A stretch of 64,000 nucleotides of DNA, from the IMG/VR virus record IMGVR_UViG_3300007987_000009. The stretch is one strand, 5' to 3'. A program made the translations under genes and the position numbers. Below are positions 42,059-51,518 of this stretch, one piece after another. The notes under the pieces were generated by a model. It did no database searches. It was not told the origin of the DNA and saw nothing but the letters and a program-made list of their open reading frames with translations. This stretch comes from a virus. The stretch's first letter is position 1. Every line of letters begins with the position of its first letter.

Positions 42059-43035
42059 TTACCTCATGATTATACCATTTGCGGTAATGGTGTTGGCTGT
42101 TTGTGAAACCCCACAGTTGCTGTTGATTATAGAAACCACCCCACCGTCGGATACTACAACGTCATCCGCACTGTCATTTGCGCCATCTTTACGAACAGTA
42201 CAAAGATTTATTACACAATTTGAGCCACGTACTGCTAAACAATCGTGTTCGCTGTTGATTATAGACGCCTGTTGAATATACCCTCGACAACCGGGGCTGA
42301 GGTCCAAATTCACGTTAGCAGAGCCACTGACACTGCCCCCTACCACGTTAACGTTTGAGCCCCAGTACGCCCCAATATTGTCAAGCCACCCCAGAGCCCC
42401 ACCCGAAAAAGTATAATCTACCTCATAATTCTGACCGGTCCCGGTATCTCGCGAAAAACTTCCGTTGCCTAAAGTTACAGACGACTGTGCACAAAAAATG
42501 TTGTTAGTCAAAAAATCAGAAATTCCAGAGACCTTTCCACCATTGTTGTAATCGTTCTCAAAAACCAACTGTGAAGCAGAAAAGAGGGAAAGTCCCGCTC
42601 GATGGTTACCTAAATTATTGTTTCCAGCATACAGGGTCCCGGTGTCATCTAGCTTAAAATGAGTTGCTATTAGGGGTAGTATGGTGTTAGTGGCACTAAC
42701 GAAGGCTGCAGAGTCATCATCACCAAGGGAAAGCATATATTCTCTGGAGACTAGAACAGTGTCATCATCACTTGTGATTTTTACATTTTTATAATCTTTA
42801 TTTTTTAAAACCAGATTCTCTTTAAAACATATCCAGACAATATATTGATAATAACTTGTTGAAAATTTGTTGAAACAAATGAATCTAAGTGTGCCAATGC
42901 AGCACCCAATGTAGGGAAGTCTCCCCCCGAACCCACGCTAAAGGTTGTAGAAGTGGGCGCAAATGCAGCGCTCAATACATCTCTTCGGGGTCTTTTACCT
43001 TCTTCAACGACATATACATATTTTTCCGAGGCCAT
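42059..43035 (-). CDS. Tailspike/beta-helix-like protein interrupted by a -1 frameshift near 42820-42826
   Basis: VGSGGDFPTLGAAL; downstream frame is open upstream to T_TTA_AAG. Confidence 0.65.
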
Positions 43036-43126
43036 TTTTTTTCCTTAATTTTCCGACTACTGTATTTATTATTCCGACCCATTAGCATAAATAAAGTCGA
43101 ACTAGACCAACAATAAAGACCAACAT

Positions 43127-43621
43127 ATGTTTAAAAATGCGTATGATTATTTGAAAAACACACCAACATCTAATTTTTCTCCAAGCGAATGGCCAGTTCC
43201 AGAAGATTTGAAATACGTAAACGCAGAGGTGTTGTATAACTTAGATATAACTAGATATGCATTTGGGCGGTCGGTTTTTCCAAGTGGAGTTCCAGACGGT
43301 CTTGTACGGCGTACCGGGTCCAAGAACAGCAGACATTATATTGGCGATGGCTCTCTCGGAAAAGCGGTGGATGTTTTTCCTTCTGTAGCCGTTATGGATT
43401 TTTGGATTTGTGCAGTTGAAAATACTGTATGGCAAGGAATTGGGGTATACTTGGATACTAATGTAAATAGAAGACAGCCTCAACCCATGGTACACCTTGA
43501 TATAGATCGTAGGAAACATGGCAATCGAGTATTTTGGGTTAGAAATCGTGGTGAATATATCTACAAACACGAAGAGCCGGAGAAATTCTGGGATTTAATA
43601 GCAGAAGCAAGTACGCGTTGA
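43127..43621 (+). CDS. Peptidase M15-like endolysin candidate
   Basis: SRHY, KAVD, GIGVY, VHLD zinc motifs. Confidence 0.7.
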   Translation: MFKNAYDYLKNTPTSNFSPSEWPVPEDLKYVNAEVLYNLDITRYAFGRSVFPSGVPDGLVRRTGSKNSRHYIGDGSLGKAVDVFPSVAVMDFWICAVENTVWQGIGVYLDTNVNRRQPQPMVHLDIDRRKHGNRVFWVRNRGEYIYKHEEPEKFWDLIAEASTR

Positions 43622-43704
43622 AAGAGATAATTGTATTGCGTGTTGATCTTCTTCAATGTATAATTGAATTATTGTACTAACAACAACCAACAACTAGGTG
43701 CTTA

Positions 43705-44010
43705 ATGGAATATCTTATAAAATTTGGTAATAAAAAGATTGCCTTGTCCAGAACGGACATAGCAAATTTATACCCAGAAATCGAACCGTTCTTCTTAGCG
43801 ATAATGCAGGGTTTGGATGAAGTCCAAACTTCTCGATTTGTCAAAGAATACAAAATTTTCATGCAGAGTCTGGCAGAAAACAGAAAGAAAAAGCCTTTGA
43901 CAACCAAAGAAGAACATTCTATTATTGAAATGTCCGCCAAGGAAAAGAAACCATTTCCTTCTGAAGGAGCTGAAATTTATGATTTTAATACTAGGAGAAA
44001 ATTATCGTGA
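43705..44010 (+). CDS. Hypothetical protein
   Basis: ORF overlapping next start. Confidence 0.55.
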   Translation: MEYLIKFGNKKIALSRTDIANLYPEIEPFFLAIMQGLDEVQTSRFVKEYKIFMQSLAENRKKKPLTTKEEHSIIEMSAKEKKPFPSEGAEIYDFNTRRKLS

Positions 44011-44543
44011 CAATAGCTAAAGCCTACAGCTTGGTACCAATGGCTGCTAGAGTGTTTATTAGAGACGAAGACGGGAAGACGAGCCCGGTACTTAGTGGAG
44101 AATTATTCGATGGTAAAAGGGTAGTTGTATTTGCGTTGCCCGGAGCATTCACTCCCACTTGTTCTTCTAGACATCTTCCAGAATTTGATGAACTGTACGA
44201 TCAGATTATTGACTCCGGGGTCGATGAGGTTTACTGTATTAGCGTGAATGATGTCTTTACAATGTCTGCATGGTTTGATAGCCTAGACATCGAAAACGTG
44301 GAAATGGTTGCAGATGGAAATGGAGAATTTACCCGTGGAATGGGAATGCTTTGCTCCAAGAACAACGCGGGATTGGGCATGCGCTCGTGGAGATACAGTG
44401 CGGTTGTCGACAATGGGTACATAGAAGCTCTTTTCTGTGAATCCTGCGGCCCAACAATGTGCATGGACGAGTTCGATGGCGACCCTTTCGATGTGTCCGA
44501 CGCACAGACAATGTTAGAATATTTACAAGATGGTCTGCTCTAA
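44007..44543 (+). CDS. Peroxiredoxin (Prx5/redoxin type)
   Basis: LPGAFTPTCSSRHLP, SVND, DGNGEFT, RSWRYS. Confidence 0.95.
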   Translation: MTIAKAYSLVPMAARVFIRDEDGKTSPVLSGELFDGKRVVVFALPGAFTPTCSSRHLPEFDELYDQIIDSGVDEVYCISVNDVFTMSAWFDSLDIENVEMVADGNGEFTRGMGMLCSKNNAGLGMRSWRYSAVVDNGYIEALFCESCGPTMCMDEFDGDPFDVSDAQTMLEYLQDGLL

Positions 44544-44681
44544 AAAATTGATTTTAGAAGTGCTGATAGAACACCCAATTATTAGTGAGATACTGAATGA
44601 TGGCAAACAGGATGGACCAAATAGCGTTGGACTACTTCAATAAGAATCCTCAAGAAAGAGACGAGGTAATCAAAGCCTATT

Positions 44682-45089
44682 ATGCTTGACATTCTTCTAA
44701 CTACGAGGAAGGCGCTCATAGATTTTTTTAATGATTCTAGAACCGCCGAATGCACGGGGTGTGGTCGAACTAGAGAACAAGTTCGCTACGATGAGTTGCC
44801 CCCAAAATGTTCTAATCATAGAGAAACTTACACTAAATATTATATCACAAGCAAAATTTACGAAGAAGAAAAAATATCTACAACTACTTGGTAAGGCAGA
44901 GAATCATGTACCGCAGTTAATAGAAACGCACGGATTGAACGGAAGGGTTTAAGCTTGGATGCATCATACGCACGGGTACGACCCAGAAGTGGTATCTATG
45001 TATGTGGATATATCCTAGGCCCTTCATAAAGACTATCTAGAAGAAATGTTAATACACAAAGAGAAATCAAAAAATGACAAATTTAAAAC
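44682..45089 (+). pseudogene. Disrupted ORF (frameshift plus two in-frame stops)
   Basis: Shift in A-run near 44870, TAA 44950, TAG 45016, frame continues. Confidence 0.4.
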
Positions 45090-45901
45090 CAAAATGGGTA
45101 GTTGACAAGTACATATTCGATGGTTCCAGAATACCAGTAGAAGTATTTGACGAACTTGGAATAGAATTTTTCGAATACGATTACATTCCGTTTCTTATAG
45201 AAGATAGAAGAATACCTTTTGACACCTCTGAGCCCGTAATAACCTACACCACACTTGGTGTGGTGAAAAAAATGAGACAGTTTTGGGGTTGTTATTACGA
45301 TGATCTAAAATACAACTGTAACGTCTACATGTCATTGCTTGATGTAGACGACAGAATGTTTTTGAACCACGACCATTTGTACTGTACCCTGTCCGATTTA
45401 ATCACAAAACCGAATTACTATTTTGAACTTATGGGAATAGATCAACTCTTTTTCAGACCCAACCGGGGATGTAAAGAGTTTACCGGAGATGTTTGGAGCA
45501 TGGAACAATTGCCTAGAGAACTTGATGCTATTGTTAAAATGTATGGAGTCGATTTGGATTCGATGATTTTGATATCTACCCCCAAAAAGATATTCGAAGA
45601 AGAGAGATTTATTGTCGGCAACAGAGAAATTCTTGCAAGCTCCCGATACGCAGTCGAAGGCATCCACGTTGAAGACACAAAAGTAAATCTAGAATCCAAG
45701 GAATCTGTTCAAAGAATCCTTGATACTTCCGACTGGCTCCCGGACACACTTTTTTGTATTGATATAGCTACAACAAATGAAGGTCCTAAAATAGTTGAAC
45801 TGAACTCTTTTAGCTGTTCTGGTTGGTACGCAATGGACCCGAGGGAAGTTGTCAGAAAAGCGTCTGATGTAGTTATGGAAGAATATAGAAAGCAGTTGTG
45901 A
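45074..45901 (+). CDS. ATP-grasp protein (R2K/DUF4343-like)
   Basis: FFRP..KEFTG, EERF, IDIA, KIVELNSFSCSGWY. Confidence 0.8.
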   Translation: MTNLKPKWVVDKYIFDGSRIPVEVFDELGIEFFEYDYIPFLIEDRRIPFDTSEPVITYTTLGVVKKMRQFWGCYYDDLKYNCNVYMSLLDVDDRMFLNHDHLYCTLSDLITKPNYYFELMGIDQLFFRPNRGCKEFTGDVWSMEQLPRELDAIVKMYGVDLDSMILISTPKKIFEEERFIVGNREILASSRYAVEGIHVEDTKVNLESKESVQRILDTSDWLPDTLFCIDIATTNEGPKIVELNSFSCSGWYAMDPREVVRKASDVVMEEYRKQL

Positions 45902-46410
45902 TTTATGCTGGCATCGGCTCTAGAGAAACCCCAGAGCCCTTCTGCAAGATAATGCGAAAAATAGGGCGTACTTTTGGCAGTCGTGGTATGATTTTAAGGA
46001 GTGGTAACGCCAGAGGCGCGGATGAGTCTTTTATTAGAGGAGCAATGGAAGTTGGTGGTAAAATGGAAGTATATTTGCCTTGTGTCGGGTTTGGAACTAT
46101 AAAGCCAGCCCAAGATGACGATAGGTTTGTTAATATAATACCAAAAGGTGCGTTCAATATAGCCGAAAATTTTCATCCAAGATGGAATAGCCTGTCAGAC
46201 TTTGCAAAAAGACTTATGGCTAGAAACGTACTACAGGTTTTGGGCCAAGACCTCAATTCACCAGTAGATTTTGTCGTGTGTTACACACACGATGGGTTAG
46301 CAAGCGGGGGCACCGGTCAGGCTTTGCGCATTGCCGAAAGCTACAATATCCCAATCTTTAATCTCAACATACAAAAAGATTTCCAAGACCTGAAGCCATA
46401 TATTCGCTAA
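45898..46410 (+). CDS. DprA/Smf-like SLOG protein
   Basis: YAGIGSRETP, LRSGNARGAD, GGTGQA. Confidence 0.85.
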   Translation: MIYAGIGSRETPEPFCKIMRKIGRTFGSRGMILRSGNARGADESFIRGAMEVGGKMEVYLPCVGFGTIKPAQDDDRFVNIIPKGAFNIAENFHPRWNSLSDFAKRLMARNVLQVLGQDLNSPVDFVVCYTHDGLASGGTGQALRIAESYNIPIFNLNIQKDFQDLKPYIR

Positions 46411-46443
46411 TAAGTAAACTTACAAATATCATTGTTATAAATC

Positions 46444-46466
46444 GGGCGACAGAACCCCTGTCGCCC
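46444..46466. terminator. Hairpin between convergent genes
   Basis: GGGCGACAG-5nt-CTGTCGCCC. Confidence 0.65.
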
Positions 46467-46478
46467 TATTCGACAATT

Positions 46479-48103
46479 TTAAACTGGACAGGTTCCCCAT
46501 ACTGGAAGTTTGGCCGTTCCATTGATTGGACTGTTGATTGCAAAGCTTGATGGTTCCGGGGTAATATTTGTAACACACCACCCGGATATGTCTTGATCAA
46601 ACGACGTTGCGTTTGCAAACATAAAGCTCATAAGGTTTCTATTAGTTACACTACTAACATCCCAAGAACCAATATCTGCATTGAAAGCAGTAGCACCTGA
46701 AAACATTGAGGTCATGTCACTAACATTTGAAACGTCCCAAGAGCTAATATCTGCATTGAAAGCAGTAGCACCTGAAAACATTGAGGTCATGTTACTAACA
46801 TTTGAAACGTCCCAAGAGCTAATATCTGCATTGAAAGCAGTAGCACCTGAAAACAAGTTGCTCATGTTTGCTAGTGATTGAATGTTCCAGCCGGAAAGAT
46901 CACGATTGAACGGAGTTCCACTAAACATAAAGCCAGCAGAAATTAACGATTCTGTGTTCCAGTTCCCGATGTCGGTGTTGAAAGAGCGAGCGTTAGAGAA
47001 CATGAACCCCGTGTCGGTTACTGAAGAAACATCCCATTCGCCGATGTCCACATTAAATTGATAACAAGAATCAAACATAGAATTCATATTAGTTACTGAA
47101 GAAACATTCCACCCACCCACATCATCATTAAAACTATAACAACTATCAAACATCGAAGCCATGTTTACTGCACCCGAAGTGTCCCAAGATGAAGCATTTA
47201 TCGATTTGAGGCTGTTGCAACGCGCGAACATGTCAGACAGATCACACGACCCCGAGAATTTCCAGTCTGTGGCATCAACAGACGAAAGTGTCGCACAGTT
47301 GTTAAACATGCTAGTGCAGTTACAATTGTTAAATTTCCATCCTCGCAAACATAGTGTATCTATCTGTTCTGAGTCTATAAACATTTGAGCGGTTGTAGTT
47401 GCTTTAGAAACGTCCCATTTGCTCAAATCTAATCTGTTTGTGTTTCTGCTCCTATTGAAAGTTGATTGGAAATTAGTAACGTTTGAAACATCCCAATTTT
47501 GCAAAGACTCTTTGGCTTTTTCTGTCAAAAAGGAATCTCTGAAACAAGAGTTTAATGTAATAACACTAGGGGGTAATTCTTCTGGTAGATCGTCGACGTA
47601 TCCAAATTCAAAAGTACTTACCAGACCGGTAATACCTAGATCTCCAAAATCTACAATACGTTCGCTCGTACTATTGAAATCGAAAAATGATCCAAAAGTC
47701 TCCGACGTACCACTAATGGATATAGTATATTTTCCTTTAGTAGGATAATTGCGGTTTACGTTAACAGACGCGCCTTGGAAATTTTCAACTGGAGACCCAT
47801 CTCCCCAATCTATTAAAATATCACAATTAGAGAAAAAATACCCAGAAATACTATTGTTGTTACTTGCAGAAGTGTCAATCTCTATAAGCATCGGGCGATA
47901 CGCCAAGGGTTTGACAACAGTTTTTCCATTTTCCAAATTTACATAAACACTATCGCCATCCTCTATTATGTCTTCTATTGTTTTGAGTTTTCTATCTGTG
48001 TTGTAGCAATATTTCGAGGAATTGGCGCGCAAGTTTAAAGTAGAGATAACCTCTTTGGCCTGACTGAATCAACTGTGTCTAGTACGTATAAAAATTCTTT
48101 CAT
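46479..48103 (-). CDS. DUF285/BspA-type repeat protein; likely start 48103 with -1 frameshift near 48053
   Basis: About 25-aa WDVSNV..M..MF..A..FN.DI repeats; IDWGDG domain. Confidence 0.8.
46671..46855 (-). repeat. About 75-bp near-exact tandem repeat in DUF285 gene
   Basis: AATATCTGCATTGAAAGCAGTAGCACCTGAAAACA recurs at 75-nt period. Confidence 0.88.
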
Positions 48104-48183
48104 TTTGGTATAGTTTCCATTTTCGGGGCATCGATTATATTTATATTTTCTACTAAGAAAAAAAAAAAAATTCCAAATGGGGG

Positions 48184-48212
48184 TTGACATACACGATTTT
48201 TCGGTGTAGAAT
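48184..48212 (+). promoter_or_regulatory. sigma70-type promoter
   Basis: TTGACA-17-TAGAAT. Confidence 0.8.
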
Positions 48213-48234
48213 GGCCTTCCAAATAAATGTTAAA

Positions 48235-48276
48235 AGTTCGCTAATGTATAAATAGTAAAAGAACATTTGGCCGAAC
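48235..48276 (+). promoter_or_regulatory. T4-type late promoter TATAAATA inside a hairpin before HNH gene
   Basis: GTTCG-CTAATGT..ACATTTGG-CCGAAC; related motif at 54284-54313. Confidence 0.6.
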
Positions 48277-48282
48277 AAAAGT

Positions 48283-48996
48283 ATGGATTATGAGAAAATT
48301 TACGCAAATTTAATTAATAGGGCAAAGAATAGAGAATTACAAGGATATGTGGAAAAGCATCATATAGTGCCTAAATGTTTGGGTGGGGACGATTCTGTAG
48401 AAAATTTAGCGATACTAACCCCGGAAGAACATTACTTGGCGCACCAGTTGTTGGTAAAGATGCACCCAGATCATGAAGGATTAACATGGGCCGCACTACA
48501 AATGACAGGTCGCCCAATAAGTGAACAACGAACCAATAACAAAGTGTATGGTTGGCTAAGAAGAAAACACTCCGAAAACTCGAAAAGGAGAGTGGGAGAG
48601 AAAAACGGATCATACGGAAAAAGATGGTTTTATAATCCAGACACTTTGGAAAACATCAAGTGCGATCCACAAGGAAAACCAATTGGATTCATTGCGGGTA
48701 GAATAATTAAAAAAGAAAAGAAGAAAACATATTGTCTAGATTGTGGAAAAGAGGTAGAAAAGCCAAGGGCAAAATACTGTGATTTTCACCGCAAAAGAAG
48801 AATGAAAAAAGTAGATTGGGGAAAGTCTAAAAGGAAAAAAACCGATCTAGACATAAAAAAAGCCTTGACATCCAACAATTATGATGTTACGATGGCAATG
48901 AAAAGTTTGGGTTACTCCGAAAAATCGTGTGAAGGAGGAAATACCAGATACAGATTTAAAAAAATATTATCAGAAATTTTACAGACTGATAAATAA
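48283..48996 (+). CDS. HNH homing endonuclease
   Basis: EKHHIVPKCLGGDDSVENLAILTPEEHYLAHQLL. Confidence 0.9.
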   Translation: MDYEKIYANLINRAKNRELQGYVEKHHIVPKCLGGDDSVENLAILTPEEHYLAHQLLVKMHPDHEGLTWAALQMTGRPISEQRTNNKVYGWLRRKHSENSKRRVGEKNGSYGKRWFYNPDTLENIKCDPQGKPIGFIAGRIIKKEKKKTYCLDCGKEVEKPRAKYCDFHRKRRMKKVDWGKSKRKKTDLDIKKALTSNNYDVTMAMKSLGYSEKSCEGGNTRYRFKKILSEILQTDK

Positions 48997-49009
48997 CGTA
49001 GAAATTAAT

Positions 49010-49096
49010 GCGAGTGTAGCTCAGTTGGTCAGAGCGCGACCCTTCCAAGGTCGAGGCGAATAGGTTCCGCAGGTTCGAATCCTGTCACTCGCTCCA
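49010..49096 (+). tRNA. tRNA-Gly(TCC) with 15-nt variable region
   Basis: GCGAGTG/CACTCGC, CGACC-CTTCCAA-GGTCG, U73, CCA. Confidence 0.9.
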
Positions 49097-49113
49097 AATT
49101 TTGCTTGAGGTAT

Positions 49114-49349
49114 ATGAATACTAAAATTAAAGCTCTAAAGAGAGAAATACGAGTAATACAAGAATCTCTCGAAAAGAAAATAAAGAGCTTGACGCATTAC
49201 ACAAGGTGTGGTGTAATGGTGGCTGTAAAAGCGGACTGCACAGATGGACAGAGGAAGAAGTCACTGAAGAGTTAGTCTTAATAGCAGAAAAAAACACAAT
49301 TAGACTACGACAATGGTGGGAAAATTCAAAAAGTCGTAAAAAAGCTTGA
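49114..49349 (+). CDS. Hypothetical protein, frameshifted at A-run near 49175
   Basis: GAGG RBS; frame resumes as NKELDALHKVWCNGGC. Confidence 0.45.
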
Positions 49350-49374
49350 CAAGTGATATAAATAGGTTTATACT
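49346..49374 (+). promoter_or_regulatory. sigma70 promoter with embedded TATAAATA
   Basis: TTGACA-17-TATACT. Confidence 0.85.
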
Positions 49375-49402
49375 TGTAAAACATTAAAGAATTAAAAAAA
49401 TT

Positions 49403-49567
49403 ATGAAAACTATTGCAAACACAAAAATTAATATCGACGGACACAAGACTATTGCGTCTACCGATACTATTATTTCCGCCAAAAATTGGTCGGAGAGTCA
49501 GCAAGTGCGCGATAATTTTGCGCCTAGCAATAGTGCCTTTTTGTCTAAAGGACGAGGGATGGTTTAA
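49403..49567 (+). CDS. 54-aa putative leader peptide
   Basis: MKTIANTK..GRGMV; 3' end overlaps antiterminator strand. Confidence 0.6.
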   Translation: MKTIANTKINIDGHKTIASTDTIISAKNWSESQQVRDNFAPSNSAFLSKGRGMV

Positions 49568-49625
49568 ATAATCCAAACCTCAGAAAGAAAGACAAAAAGG
49601 CAGCTTAAAAAAGCTGCCTTTTTTT
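49534..49625 (+). promoter_or_regulatory. Mutually exclusive antiterminator/terminator (attenuator)
   Basis: 49534-49546 pairs with 49590-49602; terminator 49594-49625. Confidence 0.8.
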
Positions 49626-49746
49626 ATGTTCAAAACAGTGCAAACGGAAACGAGGTCCAATCAGCACTTTAAAAAATGAACGGGCGGGAACGAGGATGAA
49701 AACTCTCTTGTGAGTGGAAAAATTCGTTCTAAAACAAATTGTAGGT

Positions 49747-49806
49747 GCCCCCGGCTACCATTTTGTAGGTTGAGAAATGTGTAGGACGGTAGCCGGGGGC
49801 TTTGTT
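49747..49806 (+). terminator. 13-bp GC-rich inverted repeat, terminator-like
   Basis: GCCCCCGGCTACC..GGTAGCCGGGGGC-TTTGTT. Confidence 0.55.
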
Positions 49807-49872
49807 ATGCTTTATACTTGACAAAGAATGTTAAACTTAGTATAAGAAGATCAAACAATAAAGGATAAAGTT

Positions 49873-50094
49873 ATGGAAGATTATCAAAAAAGAGTGTTAG
49901 ATGAAAAACATGATCTAGACCAGAAAATATTCAGGTTGTACTGTTTCATAAACTCCAACAGTAAACCATACGGAGATTCTATATTTCCCACTCTGTCCAA
50001 AACAGAACAACAACTAATGAAAGAACAGCTTCAAATAATGAATTCATATTCTGATATTCTAGGCAAGCGAATAGCAGAATGGGAGAAAGAATAA
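49873..50094 (+). CDS. crAss001_48-like small helical phage protein
   Basis: YQKRVLDEK..LD.K..L..F..Q..M..YS.IL..RI. Confidence 0.65.
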   Translation: MEDYQKRVLDEKHDLDQKIFRLYCFINSNSKPYGDSIFPTLSKTEQQLMKEQLQIMNSYSDILGKRIAEWEKE

Positions 50095-50204
50095 TGGCAT
50101 ATATCGTCCATTTTATTTTCCCCAACCGCGATGGCAAATACCCCATCATAATAATAAAGTAATGCAACATACACAAGTCACGGAGTTTACGGGACTTGTT
50201 ACAT

Positions 50205-50287
50205 ACACCTGATGACTAATTGGCAGGTCACCAGCCTTTCACGCTGGAGTCAGAGATGACGAGCGGGTTCGAATCCCGTCAGGTGTG
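50205..50287 (+). tRNA. tRNA-Glu(TTC) with long variable arm, no encoded CCA
   Basis: ACACCTG/CAGGTGT, CCAGC-CTTTCAC-GCTGG, GTCA-GAGA-TGAC. Confidence 0.85.
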
Positions 50288-50381
50288 CTTTAGCCCTTGC
50301 CATAGGGCATACCAAGATGGTAGAATAAGAAAAAGTGGCAAAAATATGTAAGACCACTGATCTTAAAATGGAGAAATAGAA

Positions 50382-50861
50382 ATGAAAAATAACACATACA
50401 GACTACAACTGAGTTTGGTAAATGATAATAATGAACGTGCTGCCGAACATACATTAGAAACGGCTATCGCTAAAGAAGCCGTGGAAACCGCGATAATGGT
50501 ACGTGGCGACATAATTGAAGAAATATGTGACCTGTTGATTGGAGAAGTTAGAGATATTTTAATTGATCGCAATCAGTTGGAAGTTTCGATTCATAGTTTG
50601 GTCGGACAATTGGCCGAGGGAAATCAGGTAGGGAATGATATGGTAGATAGTACAAGCGATGATAGAACTACAAACAACACCATGAGACATAATTACAGAG
50701 TGTTGTCCGATACTGAAAAAAGAGCGATGTCCAACATCAAAGACATGGGCCTAGAACTTCACGAATACATTGATAGTTTGGGAAGTTCCAGAGAACTATC
50801 CATCGCAAAAACAAAAATTGAAGAAGCTGTCATGTGGGCAGTCAAGCACGTGACAAAATGA
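50382..50861 (+). CDS. Protein with C-terminal Acb2/Tad1-like helical hairpin
   Basis: YRVLSDTEKRAMSNIK..RELSIAKTKIEEAVMWAVK. Confidence 0.65.
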   Translation: MKNNTYRLQLSLVNDNNERAAEHTLETAIAKEAVETAIMVRGDIIEEICDLLIGEVRDILIDRNQLEVSIHSLVGQLAEGNQVGNDMVDSTSDDRTTNNTMRHNYRVLSDTEKRAMSNIKDMGLELHEYIDSLGSSRELSIAKTKIEEAVMWAVKHVTK

Positions 50862-51109
50862 TTTTCAGGGCAAAAACACTTGGAAATGAACCGGAGTTAC
50901 AAATCAAAGGAACTGACATAGATCATATTCTTAGTTCTAGATTCTTTGATTATTATTATTATCCGGATGACGGGAAATTCGACGTTGTGGCCGATCCAGA
51001 GTTAACAATAGTGAAAGTCGTTGAAACGGGTGACAGTTTTGATCAAGGCGTACTTATTGGATGGATAGAACACGAAATTCGAAAGTCTGAAGTAAGATCA
51101 GGAAAATAA
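50858..51109 (+). CDS. Hypothetical protein
   Basis: ATGA overlap. Confidence 0.55.
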   Translation: MIFRAKTLGNEPELQIKGTDIDHILSSRFFDYYYYPDDGKFDVVADPELTIVKVVETGDSFDQGVLIGWIEHEIRKSEVRSGK

Positions 51110-51110
51110 T

Positions 51111-51452
51111 ATGACTGAAACATTAGAATCTTTAGCAAAAAAATATTACAATCTTATAAACGAGATTGCAGGAACAATAGTTGATTTGGAATCTAGTATT
51201 GGCCCAGAACATTTCGATACCAAACAAGAAGAGACGCTCGTAGCTTTATATTCTTTACTCGACGGTATCGAAGACCAAAACTTTGTAGATTGGGTAAAGC
51301 GTGATGCTGAAGAATTGAAAGAAGCAGTGAAAAAAGCATATCCAAATGGTGACTATTACTCCGTGACGGGAATACAAATGCGTCAAGAAATTGATCGTAC
51401 TATAATCAGTGATATTCTTATAGAAGCTTTGAAAGACAAGAAAAAAAATTGA
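51111..51452 (+). CDS. Hypothetical protein
   Basis: AGGA RBS. Confidence 0.65.
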   Translation: MTETLESLAKKYYNLINEIAGTIVDLESSIGPEHFDTKQEETLVALYSLLDGIEDQNFVDWVKRDAEELKEAVKKAYPNGDYYSVTGIQMRQEIDRTIISDILIEALKDKKKN

Positions 51453-51518
51453 GGACCCTCTCTCGGAGATATTATAGTTTCTATTTTGAAAATGTTCAGT
51501 CCGAAGTATCAATATTAT

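Noticed and set aside
44950-45018. Stop-codon reassignment
   Set aside because: TAA, TAG and TGA all end conserved genes normally; no suppressor tRNA seen.
46671-46855. CRISPR-like array
   Set aside because: In-frame coding repeats with no unique spacers; no CRISPR array found in the window.
48158-48170. A13 run as a phase-variation switch
   Set aside because: Intergenic, plausibly a promoter UP element; homopolymer length is unreliable.
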